This document shows, piece after piece, positions 1 through 10,900 of a DNA stretch of 64,000 nt (positions within the stretch are counted from its first letter, which is position 1; every line of letters starts with the position of its first letter). The notes under the pieces are model-generated. The model saw only the letters and a program-made list of their open reading frames with translations, made no database searches and was not told the origin of the DNA. A program made the position numbers and the translations under genes. Source of the stretch: an uncultured Acidobacteriaceae bacterium (lineage in GTDB: Bacteria; Acidobacteriota; Terriglobia; Bryobacterales; Bryobacteraceae); the NCBI GenBank assembly GCA_963736985.1, contig CAVTRH010000008.1:176711-240710 (forward strand). Direction: 5' to 3'.

Positions 1-1217
1 AACGGATCATCGCTCGGATAGTAATTGTATCGGTCCTGGCGCGCGTAGGCCCCGAATGTAAATACCGAGTTCGGACTCAGCAATCTTGTCCAGCTCGGCG
101 CAATATCGAAGGTTCTGATCTTCGACCTCTGGTCCTGCGAACCGACTGGCAGCCCGTCGGGACCAAGGCCTCCGTTATTTGCTGCCAGCCCGGACCATGC
201 ATCCGCAGTCTGGGCATCGTAGGAATTCGGCGTCTGGAACCACGAACGCGTAAATTGAGCGTTCAGACTGACGGTATCGGACTGTGACGGCTTCAAGTCC
301 ACGTGATCGAAGACATTCTCCTCATTTCCATGGTCGTGAAACACCTGAAACTCCGGCGGGTCCAGAAAGCGGCCGGTGTCCAACCCATTCAAGGAGATAA
401 AATTCCCCCAAGAATCTCCGCCGTAAGCGAGATTCGCCGCGCCGCTTGAACTGCCGAACGTGCCATAGGACGCCGTGATATCTCCGTGCGGCTGCTTCAC
501 CCCAAGCCCGGTTCGCGTATTGACTACGACAACCAGGCTGGTCTTATCGCCATATTCTGCCGGAGGCGCGCCTTCGATTACTTCCATCGATTGCACGGCG
601 TCAGTCGGAAGCTGATTCGAGAAAACCTTGCTCTGCTGGTCCGTAATCGGCTGCCCATCCACCGAAAAAGAATTCTCCGCATGGTCCCCGAGCCCATGAA
701 ACATACCGTTCGAATCGGCCGCAACACCAGGCGAAGCGAGCGTCACGAGCGAACTGAGCGATGACGACTGGCTCTCGAGCGGCAACTTGTCCATCATCTC
801 TCGATCGACGTCGGTGTGCGTCGTTGGCTCCGTCTCGACCAAGTCCCCGCCCGTAGCGGTAACATTCACGGTTGTTGTCGCAGCCCCTAACTGCAAACTG
901 ATCTTCACATCCAAGGGCACTGGCGATCTTACGTCCACATCCTGCACGCCAGCCTGAAAACCATTGGCAGTAGTCGTGACGTGATAGTTGTTATAGGGAA
1001 TATTGGTGAATTGAAACTTGCCTTGAGCATCGCTCTGGCTGCTTCGCGTGTAATGAGATACGGGATTGTCGATCTCGACCGTGGCGCCAGGGATGGCTGC
1101 TCCGGAAGGATCTAGCACAGTTCCATTAATGGTTCCGCTGTTAGTGGATTGATTGGCCTGCAACGAAACGCAGATACATCCGGCTAATAGAGTAATAGTG
1201 GCAGCTCTCAACTTCAT
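1..1217 (-). CDS. TonB-dependent receptor with N-terminal carboxypeptidase-regulatory-like domain (5' part only; runs off the window start)
   Basis: Absent from the ORF track because it has no in-window stop. My translation of the minus strand from the ATG at 1217 (AGGAG 6 nt upstream) stays open to base 1: MKLRAATITLLAGCICVSLQANQSTNSGTINGTVLDPSGAAIPGATVEIDNPVSHYTRSSQSDAQGKFQFTNIPYNNYHVTTTANGF..., followed by a plug-like DKLPLES...MEVIEGAPPAEYGDKT. A signal peptide, CarboxypepD_reg domain and plug is the usual acidobacterial TonB-dependent receptor layout. Confidence 0.85.
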   Translation of the reverse strand, partial: MKLRAATITLLAGCICVSLQANQSTNSGTINGTVLDPSGAAIPGATVEIDNPVSHYTRSSQSDAQGKFQFTNIPYNNYHVTTTANGFQAGVQDVDVRSPVPLDVKISLQLGAATTTVNVTATGGDLVETEPTTHTDVDREMMDKLPLESQSSSLSSLVTLASPGVAADSNGMFHGLGDHAENSFSVDGQPITDQQSKVFSNQLPTDAVQSMEVIEGAPPAEYGDKTSLVVVVNTRTGLGVKQPHGDITASYGTFGSSSGAANLAYGGDSWGNFISLNGLDTGRFLDPPEFQVFHDHGNEENVFDHVDLKPSQSDTVSLNAQFTRSWFQTPNSYDAQTADAWSGLAANNGGLGPDGLPVGSQDQRSKIRTFDIAPSWTRLLSPNSVFTFGAYARQDRYNYYPSDDP

Positions 1218-1320
1218 GGTTTTCTCCTATGTGTATGCAACAAAACAGCCCGTGCGTGGCGGCTTACAAGAGCGCCGCGCACGTGCGAACGCGATCACGA
1301 TTTACAAAGCTGAGGAGAAA

Positions 1321-1629
1321 TTAAGCGGGCGGTGCTCGCGAGAGCTGCGAGGCCGGAAGATAGCACAGAACGATGGGGAATTCTTCACGCGATACGCTCC
1401 ATCCGGTTATATGCGGCGGAGCAACATCAATTTCAGCCACTGCCGGAACTACGGGCGTGTGACCGACGTGGCAGACGGCGCAAGAATGGGCGTGCTCAGC
1501 GTCTTCGTTGTGCGGGTGCATCGCGGACGCTAGCTGAACCCCGAGAAAAGCGAAGACAATGCAAATTACCAGCACCGCTCGAAGCGGCCGACGCTCTTGC
1601 GCGGGACAAAAATTTCCGCTGGCCGACAT
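1321..1629 (-). CDS. small exported His/Cys-rich protein with a CxxCH motif (hypothetical)
   Basis: 102-aa ORF with an N-terminal hydrophobic segment (LRAVLVICIVFAFLGVQLASA), then MHPHNEDAEHAHSCAVCHVGH. It lies on the same strand as the TonB-dependent receptor and about 100 bp upstream of it. No clear Shine-Dalgarno sequence. Confidence 0.45.
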   Translation of the reverse strand: MSASGNFCPAQERRPLRAVLVICIVFAFLGVQLASAMHPHNEDAEHAHSCAVCHVGHTPVVPAVAEIDVAPPHITGWSVSREEFPIVLCYLPASQLSRAPPA

Positions 1630-1728
1630 CTTGGGTTACTTATCGCTATTGTACGCGGATCTGAACGAGCTACTCCAGATCGGGAAACGCTCTCGACGAA
1701 CACACGCCTCCCGATCTCCGATATTTAC

Positions 1729-3150
1729 TTAAATATCGTAATAAAGCGCGAACTCGTACGGGTGAGGACGCAGCCGCACCGCTTCGGCTTCCGACTTGCG
1801 CTTGTATGAGATGAAGGTCTCGATCAGCTCTTCGGAGAACACATCGCCTTTGGTCAAGAACGCGTGATCCTCTTCGAGACAAGTCAGCGCTTCATCGAGT
1901 GTTCCAGGCATGGATGGCACTTTCTTCATCTCTTCCGGCGAAAGATCGTAGATGTCCTTATCCAACGCCTCACCTGGGTCAATCTTGTTCTGCACTCCAT
2001 CGAGTCCGGCCATCATCATCGCCGAGAATGCAAGATACGGATTCGAGGACGCATCCGGCGGACGGAACTCGAGCCGCTTCGATTTCGGGCTGTTGGAATA
2101 CATCGGAATGCGCACTGCAGCAGAACGGTTCCGCCGCGAATACGCGAGATTCACCGGCGCTTCATAACCCGGCACCAGCCGCTTATAGCTGTTCGTAGTC
2201 GGCGCAATGATCGCCGAGAGAGCCCGCGCGTGCCGCAGCAAGCCGCCCGCGTACCAAAGCGCGGTCTGGCTCAAGCCCGCATAGTTGTCGCCGGCAAACA
2301 GAGGCTTGCCTCCGCTCCAGAGACTCTGGTGCGTGTGCATGCCGCTGCCATTATCGCCGAATAGCGGCTTCGGCATGAACGTAACTGTCTTGCCATATTG
2401 ATAGGCCACGTTGCGCACGATGTACTTGTAGAGCATCATGTTGTCGGCCGACTTCACCAGCGTGTCGAACTTTTGATCGATCTCGCATTGGCCGCCGGTT
2501 GCGACTTCATGGTGGTGGCACTCGATCGTAAGGCCGCATTCAATCATGGTCGCCACCATCTCGCTGCGCAGATCCTGATAGTGATCGGTCGGCGGAACCG
2601 GGAAATAGCCTTCCTTGTACCGCGGCCGGTAGCCGAGATTGTTGCTTTCGCGGCCCGAATTCCAGCGCCCCTCTTCCGCGTCGATAAAGTAAAACGCGCT
2701 GTGCTGATTTTGGTCGAAACGAATGTTATCGAAGATGAAGAACTCGGCTTCGGCTCCGAAATACGCCGTGTCCGCAACGCCGCTGTTTTTCAAATGCAGT
2801 TCGGCCTTCTTGGCGATCCAGCGCGGGTCGCGGTCATAATGCTGCCGCGTGATCGGATCGATGATGTCGCCGAGCATCACCAGCGTGCGCGTCTCGGCGA
2901 ACGGGTCCATGAAAGCAGTCGCGCCCTCCGGAATGAGGAGCATGTCGCTCTCGTTGATAGCGGCCCATCCGCGAATGCTCGATCCATCGATGCCGAACCC
3001 ATCTTCAAAAGAATCCTCTTGCAGCATCGAAATCGGATACGAGATGTGCTGGCTCAGCCCTGGCAGGTCCGTAAAGCGCACGTCCACTTGGCGCGCGTCA
3101 TTCTTCTTCGCAAAATCGAGTACTTCTTGTGGGGTCAATTGATCCTCCAA
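1729..3150 (-). CDS. glnA: glutamine synthetase, type I
   Basis: The 473-aa translation is a full-length GlnA (…[10 protein letters not shown]…, …[11 protein letters not shown]…, …[13 protein letters not shown]…). The track start at 3150 is TTG. A second TTG at 3138 has GGAGG 5 nt upstream and may be the real start. Confidence 0.95.
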   Translation of the reverse strand: MEDQLTPQEVLDFAKKNDARQVDVRFTDLPGLSQHISYPISMLQEDSFEDGFGIDGSSIRGWAAINESDMLLIPEGATAFMDPFAETRTLVMLGDIIDPITRQHYDRDPRWIAKKAELHLKNSGVADTAYFGAEAEFFIFDNIRFDQNQHSAFYFIDAEEGRWNSGRESNNLGYRPRYKEGYFPVPPTDHYQDLRSEMVATMIECGLTIECHHHEVATGGQCEIDQKFDTLVKSADNMMLYKYIVRNVAYQYGKTVTFMPKPLFGDNGSGMHTHQSLWSGGKPLFAGDNYAGLSQTALWYAGGLLRHARALSAIIAPTTNSYKRLVPGYEAPVNLAYSRRNRSAAVRIPMYSNSPKSKRLEFRPPDASSNPYLAFSAMMMAGLDGVQNKIDPGEALDKDIYDLSPEEMKKVPSMPGTLDEALTCLEEDHAFLTKGDVFSEELIETFISYKRKSEAEAVRLRPHPYEFALYYDI

Positions 3151-3304
3151 TCACAATATTTAGATGTAGGGGTTGGGCGACGACAGGGGCGCGAGTTTTC
3201 CCGGCAACCGTTAGAATAGCGCACCGGTTTGGAGCGCACCAGCCAGCGGATGATGGAAACTGGAACTAACGGAGGTGCCACGTACGGGCAGCGAAGTAAC
3301 CCAA

Positions 3305-4660
3305 ATGAAACTGACGCTGGAGCCGCAGCGCCGTGTTTTTCGCGTCCGCGATCTGAATGCCGCTGTTCAGCAGATCTTCGAGGCTGAGTTCCGCTCCATC
3401 TGGGTAGCGGGCGAAATTTCAGGCTGCCGTCTCGCGCCCAGCGGGCATCATTATTTCTCGCTCAAAGATGAAGAAAGCCAGATCCGGTGCGTGCTGTTCA
3501 AAGGATCGGCGCGCTTCGCCCGATTCAAACCGCAGGACGGGCTCGCCGTCATCGCGCGCGGCAATCTCGAGGTCTACGAAGCACGTGGCGAATACCAGCT
3601 CATTGTGGATTTGCTCGAGCCGCAAGGAGCGGGCGCATTGCAACTCGCTTTCGAGCTGCTCAAAAAGAAACTCGCGGCCGAAGGTCTCTTCGACAAGTCG
3701 CGCAAGCGCCCGTTGCCCGCCATGCCGCGAAAAATCGGCATAGTGACTTCGCCCGCCGGCGCGGTCATTTCCGACATGTTGCACGTGTTGGAGCGGCGTT
3801 TTCAGGGACTGCACGTGCGGCTCTTTCCAGCTCAAGTGCAAGGCGAAGGTTCTGTCGAACAGGTGACCCGCGGCATCCGGTTTTTCAGTGAGAGCGGCTG
3901 GGCTGATGTCGTCATCGTTGCTCGCGGCGGCGGATCGATCGAGGATCTATGGACCTTTAACGAAGAGGCCGTCGCAAGGGCCATTGCGGCGTGCAAGGTC
4001 CCGGTGATTTCGGCGGTCGGGCATGAGACCGATTTCACTATCTCGGATTTCGTCGCGGATCACCGCGCTCCCACTCCCTCAGCAGCCGCCGAGATCGTCA
4101 TCTGCACGCGTGAAAGCCTGCTCGACCAGATTGCGGCCTGCAGAACCAAAGCCGTACAGGCGATTCGGTATCGCCTGCTTTCCTGCTCGCGGGATTTGCA
4201 TCAGCGCGGGACCGAGCGTGCCGCGACCATCCTGCATCGCGCGCTCTCGCGCCGTGCCCAACGCGTCGACGATCTCGACTACCAGTTGCGCAACGTGCAT
4301 CGGCGGAATTTCGATCAAAAGCGCAAACGGTTGGCCGACCTGACCCGGCGGCTCGAGGCCACCGATCTGCGCCTTCGTTTTGCGCAGAACCGGCATCGCG
4401 AGGAATTGCTGCGCCGCCGTCTGCTTAAGGGCATCGAAGGAGCGCTTTGGAAATCGCGCAAACGTGAAGAATCACTCGCCGGCCATTTGGGCCAGCTAAG
4501 TCCCTTGGCTGTGCTCGCGCGCGGTTATGCCATTGTTGAAAACGCAGATAAACGTATCTTGCGTGCCTCGAACGAGACGGCCGAGGGAGAACAACTGACC
4601 ATCCGGCTGCACCGGGGCGAATTGGACGCCGTCGTTCGCGCCACAAGAGAAGCGAAATGA
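3305..4660 (+). CDS. xseA: exodeoxyribonuclease VII large subunit
   Basis: OB-fold N-terminus ([16 protein letters not shown]…IWVAGEISG…[10 protein letters not shown]), catalytic core ([13 protein letters not shown]…[15 protein letters not shown]) and a long C-terminal coiled coil. The track ORF begins at GTG 3275. ATG 3305 (MKLTLEPQ) is the more likely start. Confidence 0.9.
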   Translation: MKLTLEPQRRVFRVRDLNAAVQQIFEAEFRSIWVAGEISGCRLAPSGHHYFSLKDEESQIRCVLFKGSARFARFKPQDGLAVIARGNLEVYEARGEYQLIVDLLEPQGAGALQLAFELLKKKLAAEGLFDKSRKRPLPAMPRKIGIVTSPAGAVISDMLHVLERRFQGLHVRLFPAQVQGEGSVEQVTRGIRFFSESGWADVVIVARGGGSIEDLWTFNEEAVARAIAACKVPVISAVGHETDFTISDFVADHRAPTPSAAAEIVICTRESLLDQIAACRTKAVQAIRYRLLSCSRDLHQRGTERAATILHRALSRRAQRVDDLDYQLRNVHRRNFDQKRKRLADLTRRLEATDLRLRFAQNRHREELLRRRLLKGIEGALWKSRKREESLAGHLGQLSPLAVLARGYAIVENADKRILRASNETAEGEQLTIRLHRGELDAVVRATREAK

Positions 4661-5382
4661 GAAAACGCGCGGTTTGCCTGCTGAGCGGCGGATTGGATTC
4701 GGCGACCTGCCTCGCCATTGCACGCGAGCAAGGTTACGAATGCTACTGCTTGTCGTTCGATTACGGCCAGCGCCATCGTATTGAGCTTGAGAGCGCACGT
4801 CGTCTCGCAACCAGCCTCTGTGCGAGCGAACATCGCGTCGCGAAAATCGATCTGCGAGTCTTCGGCGGTTCGGCCCTGACCAGTAACATCGATGTCCCGA
4901 AAGAACGGGCCGAAGAGGAGATGTCGCGCAGCATTCCCGTCACATACGTTCCCGCGCGCAATACGATTTTCTTGTCATTCGCCCTAGCCTATGCCGAGGT
5001 GGTGGGCGCATCCGACATCTTCATTGGCGTGAATGCCATCGACTATTCCGGCTACCCGGATTGCCGCCCGGAATTTATTCACGCCTTCGAAACAATGGCC
5101 AACCTCGCCACGCGCGCGGGCGTCGAGGGCGCAACGAAGATTGCCATACGCACACCCCTGATCGCAATGACCAAACCCGATATTGTGCGGAAAGCCGTTC
5201 AGCTTGGAGTCGATCTACGCTCGACGCACAGTTGCTACGATCCCGGCGCGAAAGGTGAGCCGTGCGGCCAATGCGACTCATGCATCCTGCGGCGCAAAGG
5301 CTTCGACGAGGCCGGCGTCGAAGACCCCGCGGCCGACAAGCGCAAAGGGCGTTTGTTGCCCGTTGTGCGCGCTTCTAAATGA
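4657..5382 (+). CDS. queC: 7-cyano-7-deazaguanine synthase
   Basis: Contains the SGGLDS PP-loop ([13 protein letters not shown]), FDYGQRH, and the C-terminal Zn cysteine cluster [10 protein letters not shown]. The start overlaps the xseA stop (ATGA). Confidence 0.95.
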   Translation: MRKRAVCLLSGGLDSATCLAIAREQGYECYCLSFDYGQRHRIELESARRLATSLCASEHRVAKIDLRVFGGSALTSNIDVPKERAEEEMSRSIPVTYVPARNTIFLSFALAYAEVVGASDIFIGVNAIDYSGYPDCRPEFIHAFETMANLATRAGVEGATKIAIRTPLIAMTKPDIVRKAVQLGVDLRSTHSCYDPGAKGEPCGQCDSCILRRKGFDEAGVEDPAADKRKGRLLPVVRASK

Positions 5383-6062
5383 AAATCGCCGAGATCTTTT
5401 ATTCCATCCAAGGCGAAGGTGCGTTGGTCGGCGTGCCATCGGTTTTTGTACGCACCTCCGGTTGCAACTTGCGCTGCACCTGGTGCGATACGCCGTACAC
5501 CTCCTGGCAGCCAGAAGGCCAAGACATGACGTTAGACGGCATGGTGTCGGCTGTTGCCGAATACCGCGTATCGCATGTGGTTGTCACGGGCGGCGAGCCG
5601 ATGATCGCACCGCAAATCGCGGAATTAACAGCGGCGCTGCGTAGCGCGGGTATGCATATCACGATCGAAACTGCCGGAACCGTTTATGCGCCGGTCACCT
5701 GTGATCTGATGAGCATCAGTCCGAAGCTCGAAAACTCGGTTCCATACGAGCGCGATGGAGGCCGCTGGGCCACACAACACAACCGGCTACGCTTTCAACC
5801 TGAAATCCTCAAGCAGCTCATGCGCGACTATGAATATCAGCTCAAATTTGTCGTAACCGCGCCGCATGACCTGAACGAGATCGCAAAAATTCGAGAAACG
5901 CTCGACGCACCGCGCTCTCGCATCATTCTCATGCCGGAAGGCACGGATAGCAATGCATTGCGCGAGCGCGGCGAGTGGCTTGCCGAAATCTGCAAAGCCG
6001 AAGGATATCGATTCAGCCCGCGTCTGCACGTAGATCTCTGGGGTAATCGTCGCGGCATCTAG
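5379..6062 (+). CDS. queE: 7-carboxy-7-deazaguanine synthase (radical SAM)
   Basis: IFYSIQGEG…[20 protein letters not shown] is the QueE CxxxCxxC-type cluster region. The start overlaps the queC stop (ATGA). Confidence 0.92.
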   Translation: MKIAEIFYSIQGEGALVGVPSVFVRTSGCNLRCTWCDTPYTSWQPEGQDMTLDGMVSAVAEYRVSHVVVTGGEPMIAPQIAELTAALRSAGMHITIETAGTVYAPVTCDLMSISPKLENSVPYERDGGRWATQHNRLRFQPEILKQLMRDYEYQLKFVVTAPHDLNEIAKIRETLDAPRSRIILMPEGTDSNALRERGEWLAEICKAEGYRFSPRLHVDLWGNRRGI

Positions 6063-6081
6063 CGCTCGCTAAACTAGAGCT

Positions 6082-6876
6082 TTGAGCGAACCACAGAAAT
6101 TCCGCATCGGCGCGGTTAGCTATCTAAATACACTGCCGCTGGTTTGGGGGATGCTGCACGGCCCCGAACGCGAGCAGGTCGATTTGACGTCTTCAATTCC
6201 ATCGATCTGCGCGGAGCAGGTAGAGCAGGGAAGCGTCGACATCGGCTTAGTCCCGGTTGCGGAGATTGCGCGTCAGGGTCTTGAAATCGTTTCCGGAGTT
6301 GGCATCGCCTGCCTCGGCCCCGTGCGGAGCATTCTGCTGTTGTCGCGCGTGCCGATGAGCAAAGTTCGTACGCTCTCCGCCGACCTCAGCTCGCGAACCT
6401 CGGTCCAATTAGCGAGAGTAATTCTACGCGAGCGCTACGGCGCCGATCCGGAGATAACGCCCTGCGAGCCGGTTCTCGAGAAGATGCTCGCCGATGCCGA
6501 TGCGGCACTGATCATTGGCGACCCGGCCTTGCGACTCACGCCCGAAGAGTTGCCGTTCGAGTGCCTCGATTTAGGTGCGGAATGGCTCGCTTTAACTGAT
6601 CTGCCGATGCTCTTTGCCGCCTGGGCAGGGAAGCCGGGCTTGCCTGCCGAAGCGCTCGCGCACCTGACGCGCGCCTCTTACGAGTTCGGCCGCGCAAGAA
6701 TCGATCGGATCATCCAAAGCGAAGCAGCTCAACGCGGCATCTCTGCCCCTCTCGCCGAGCGATATCTTCGGCATCACATCCGCTATGAAATCGGCGCTCG
6801 CGAGCAGGAGGGCTTGCGCTTGTTCCTGCGCCTTGCGAACCTGAAGACAGTGGCAGCGGAGCGCGCAGGGCGTTAG
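6082..6876 (+). CDS. mqnA: chorismate dehydratase (futalosine pathway)
   Basis: FRIGAVSYLNTLPLVWGM… is the typical MqnA N-terminus and the fold is periplasmic-binding-protein-like. TTG start. The gene sits directly upstream of mqnC. Confidence 0.85.
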   Translation: MSEPQKFRIGAVSYLNTLPLVWGMLHGPEREQVDLTSSIPSICAEQVEQGSVDIGLVPVAEIARQGLEIVSGVGIACLGPVRSILLLSRVPMSKVRTLSADLSSRTSVQLARVILRERYGADPEITPCEPVLEKMLADADAALIIGDPALRLTPEELPFECLDLGAEWLALTDLPMLFAAWAGKPGLPAEALAHLTRASYEFGRARIDRIIQSEAAQRGISAPLAERYLRHHIRYEIGAREQEGLRLFLRLANLKTVAAERAGR

Positions 6877-6903
6877 GTGTCGCGATGGAGGAAGGCAGGA
6901 CGC

Positions 6904-7935
6904 ATGATTACCCGCAAGCAAGCCATCGACATGTTCCAAAGCGACGATCTCGTCGGTATTGGGATGGAAGCAGACGCGGTTCGTAGACGCCTTCACCCGG
7001 ACGGTATTGTCAGCTATATCATCGATCGCAACATTAATTACACGAATTTCTGCACCGAATATTGCAGCTTTTGCGCCTTTTACCGCCCAATGGGCCACAA
7101 AGAGGGTTACATTCTGCCAAAAGAAGTAATCCTTGCGAAAATTCAGGAGACCGTCGATCTCGGCGGCACAGGCATTCTGATGCAAGGCGGCCTGCATCCG
7201 GACCTAAAAATCGAATGGTACGAAGACCTGCTGCGCACGATTAAGTCCCGCTTCGATATCTGGTGCCATTGCTTCTCAGCGCCGGAGCTGGTGAACATCG
7301 CCGAAGTAAGTGGCTTGTCCCTGCGCGATACCATCGCCCGCCTGAGAGACTCGGGTCTCGATTCGATTCCTGGCGGCGGCGCGGAAATCCTCGACGAGGA
7401 TGTGCGACATCGCATCAGCAGGCTGAAGTGCTCCACGCAAGATTGGATTAATGTGCACCGAACCGCGCATTCCCTCGGCATGCGAACCACGGCAACCATG
7501 ATGTTCGGTACGGGCGAGACCATCGACCAACGCATGAACCATTTCGATATCGTCCGCCACATCCAGGAAGACACCGGCGGGTTCACCGCATTTATTCCCT
7601 GGTTCTTCCAGCGTGAGTACACCTCGCTAGGCCGATTCGTGAAGCAGGAAGCGACCGCCGTCGAGTACCTGAAAATGCTCGCGCTCTCGCGTATCTACCT
7701 GGATAATATCCTCAACGTCCAGGCCTCCTGGGTCACGCCCGGGCTGAAAGTCTGCCAGCTCGGCTTGCGCTTTGGAGGGAATGACGTCGGCAGCATTATG
7801 ATCGAGGAAAATGTCGTATCCGCCGCAGGCACGCATCACCGCGCCACGGAAGAGCAGCTCCGGCGCTTGATCCGTGACGCCGGCTTCATTCCCAAGCAGC
7901 GCGATACGCTCTACCGGACCTATTTCCTGAACTAG
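6904..7935 (+). CDS. mqnC: cyclic dehypoxanthinyl futalosine synthase (radical SAM)
   Basis: NINYTNFCTEYCSFCAFYR cluster, plus GILMQGGLHP and FIPWFFQ. QGG and FIPW favour MqnC over MqnE. ATG 6904 has GGAGGAAGG upstream; the track ORF starts at GTG 6877. Confidence 0.8.
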   Translation: MITRKQAIDMFQSDDLVGIGMEADAVRRRLHPDGIVSYIIDRNINYTNFCTEYCSFCAFYRPMGHKEGYILPKEVILAKIQETVDLGGTGILMQGGLHPDLKIEWYEDLLRTIKSRFDIWCHCFSAPELVNIAEVSGLSLRDTIARLRDSGLDSIPGGGAEILDEDVRHRISRLKCSTQDWINVHRTAHSLGMRTTATMMFGTGETIDQRMNHFDIVRHIQEDTGGFTAFIPWFFQREYTSLGRFVKQEATAVEYLKMLALSRIYLDNILNVQASWVTPGLKVCQLGLRFGGNDVGSIMIEENVVSAAGTHHRATEEQLRRLIRDAGFIPKQRDTLYRTYFLN

Positions 7936-7974
7936 GGCGTCTTCACGTGTTAAAACATTCCGCCGCCGTCCCCA

Positions 7975-10900
7975 TCAATTCACCTTCATCACGACAAATG
8001 TAATATCGTCATGCTGCGGAGCGTCGCCAACCCACTTGCGAATCTCTTGTGCGATGTGCTCTGTCATCTCCTGAACCGGCAAGTGAGCCACGTCCCGCAC
8101 AAGACTCTTCAATCGCTCTTCTCCGAATTCTTCCTCGTTTGTGTTGAGCGCTTCTGTGACACCGTCCGTGAAGGCCAGCAGCACGTCGCCAGAGCACAGA
8201 TCTACGGTCGCTTCCTCATAGCTCGCGGACGGAAACATGCCGATGATGGTGCCGCCCGTCTTCAGCTCGTCGATGGCCGCACCCGATTGGCTTCCATAAG
8301 CATTTTCGAGAGACCGCACCAGATATGGCGGATTGTGCCCCGCATTCACATACCGAAGCTGGCGCTTTTGCTCGTCGATTTGCGCATAGAAAAAAGTCGC
8401 GTAGCTGCTTGAGCCGGTCGAACCGTGCAGAAAGCGATTCATTTTGGCCGCAAGCTCCGGCAGCGAAATATTGCCTTCGCTTGCCAGGATGCGGAGCGAA
8501 GCGTGCACCACTGCCGTGATCAGCGCCGCGGCGACTCCTTTCCCTGCTACATCGGCCAGCGCGATGCCGATGCGATGATCGCCCACGTTCAGGAAATCGT
8601 AGTAATCGCCTCCGACACTGCGCGCCGGAAGCGTGAATGCTCCGAGCGAGCTCGCCGCGGTTTCGGGCGATTCGCGCGGCAAAAGCCGCTTTTGCACTTC
8701 GGCCGCAAGCTCCACGTCACGGCGCAGCTTTTCCTGTTCCACCACACGCTCCGTCAGCCGCGCATTCTCGATCATCAACGCGAATTGATCGGCGCACGCC
8801 GCCAGAAGTTGCTTCTCGCTGGGAGTGAACGCCCGCCGCTCGATTGGCGGACCAAACAACAACAGGCCAAGAATCTCGTTTTTTGTCCGCAATGCTACGG
8901 CGAGACGTATATCGACGTTCCTTAACATCTCGATTTCGGCCACATGCCGCGGCTTTTGTTCCATAGCCCAGCGCAGAGCGGAATCGAGATCGCCAGCCGT
9001 GAAGGCAAGAGGAGCGGGATAGAATTTCAGCCGGTTTATCAGAAAGCCGTTGGCGGGAATAGAGCAAACAACCTGCTGTTTTTCGGGTATTCTTGCGGCG
9101 CAACGATACTCCCCTTCCGAGATATTTTCAAGCAGCATCGCCGATTGAGCACGAATCCTCGCGCGCAAAGTCGCCACCGCGCTGCGAAGTGCTTCGGAAA
9201 AAGAATCCGAGTGACGGCTGGCGTCGATGAATTCCTTCAACAGCGCCGGTTCCAAGCCGGCCGCGCCGTCGTCTTCTGCAGCTGCGTAAACCACCGCTCC
9301 GTATCGCCTGCCGTCATTGCGAATCGCGACCATGGGCGAAACCAGAGTCGTGCGCCAGGCTGGGAAAAGTGACCCGAACATCGCCAGCGCGGCCAGAATC
9401 GCAACGGAATAGAGATAGGGGACTGCGCCGATATCGTGCAGGTGGAAGAACCGGGCAACCAGCCACGTAGCGAAGATCACGACAAGGGCGCCAAATCCAA
9501 TGCCATAGCCCGCCATTCTCAATCCGCTGCCCAGAACCAGCGTTAGCAGGTCGCGTCCAGTCGCGCCGAGAGCCATCCGCGTACCCATTTCCACGGTCCG
9601 CTGCCGCACCGAATACGAAGTCACGCCATACACACCCACCGCCGCCATCAGCAAAGCGGCGCATGCAAAAAACCCGACCACGGTCGAACTGATGCGCTGA
9701 AATGTAAGCGATTCGCTTTCGGCTTCCTTCATCGTGTGCACGTTATAGATAGGCTGCGTAGGGTCCGCATTCCGAACCGCGCGGCGAACTGCCGGAATCA
9801 GGGTAGTTGAAGGCAAGCTGGAGCGCACCACGAACTGTATCGGGTCCATCAGAGTAAGGGCGTTCAGTACATAAAGCTCCGGACGCGTTGCGGCGTCAAG
9901 TCCGTCGTCGCGAACATTGCCGGCGACCCCAATTACCTGCACCCGATCGCCATTGGGCGAGCTCAGGTGGGCAAAAGCTCCGATCGGATCGCGATCCGGC
10001 CAGAGGCGTTTCGCAGTCGCCTCATCGATAACGATCGAAACCGGGTTTTCATGCGCATCATGCTCGGTGAGAAAGCGGCCTTTCTCGAGCGGAATGCGCA
10101 TCGTCCGAAAATATTCGGAGCTGGCGACCACGAAAGCAATTGAATGATCGACGTCTAAACTCGGCGCCCGGCCCTCCGGGAACAGCGTGGTCTGAAGACA
10201 GCAACCCTCCAGCGGCAGCTGATTCGCAACCGCCGCGCTGCTCACCCCCGGAATGCCTTCCAACGCTTGCAAGAAACGGTTTTCATAGGCGAAGGTTTCT
10301 TTCACATTCACATTGCGGCGGACGCTGAGCTGGAACGCGATTAAGTGGTTCGGATCGAAACCGGGCCATACGCGATTCAATTGTTCGAGCTGCAAAAGCA
10401 AGAGCGCGCTAACCGACAATAATGTGAAAGCCAGCGCAATTTCGGCCACGACCAGCGAGTGCGAAAGCCTGCGAGTCCTGGCGCTGGCCGAAGATCGCAC
10501 GCCTTCATTCAGCACGTCGTTTGGTTGCGTCCGAACGGCCTGCCAGAGCGGCGCCAGCGACGAAAGCAATGCCGCAAGACATCCCACTGCCACAGCAAAC
10601 AGGACGACAGGCCAGTTGGTGGAGATCTGATCGGCGCGGGGAATGAAGTCGGCCGCGAGAGTAAGGATGAGTCTCACGAGGGCAACGCTTGCTCCGATTC
10701 CGAGCACTGCCGCGCCAATCGCGACGAAAAGGCTTTCGAAAAAAAACTGCAGCGCAAGCTGGCCCTGCCCGCCGCCGAGCGCGACGCGAATCGCAATTTC
10801 GCGCGATCGTCCAACTGATCTCCCCACCAGCAGCCCTGCCACATTGGCGCAAGTGATCAAAAGCAGTAGACCGGCCGCGCTGAACAGCAGCAGCAGAACA

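Noticed and set aside
2398-3219. 273-aa plus-strand ORF opposite glnA. Similar long antisense ORFs include 16002..16595, 18374..19240, 21148..21633, 22548..23228, 29607..30437, 29972..30781, 32491..33417, 51815..52759, 55108..55785, 55876..56763 and 59273..59938.
   Set aside because: Each lies entirely within, and antisense or out of frame to, a gene with unmistakable conserved motifs. Their translations are Arg/Ala/Pro-rich with no motifs, as expected for shadow ORFs in high-GC DNA.
3276-3292. Possible sigma54 promoter for glnA (minus strand TGGCAC-N5-TTAGT)
   Set aside because: The -24 GG element is present, but the -12 element lacks the conserved GC (TTAG instead of TTGC). It also overlaps the xseA upstream region. 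This is too weak to call.
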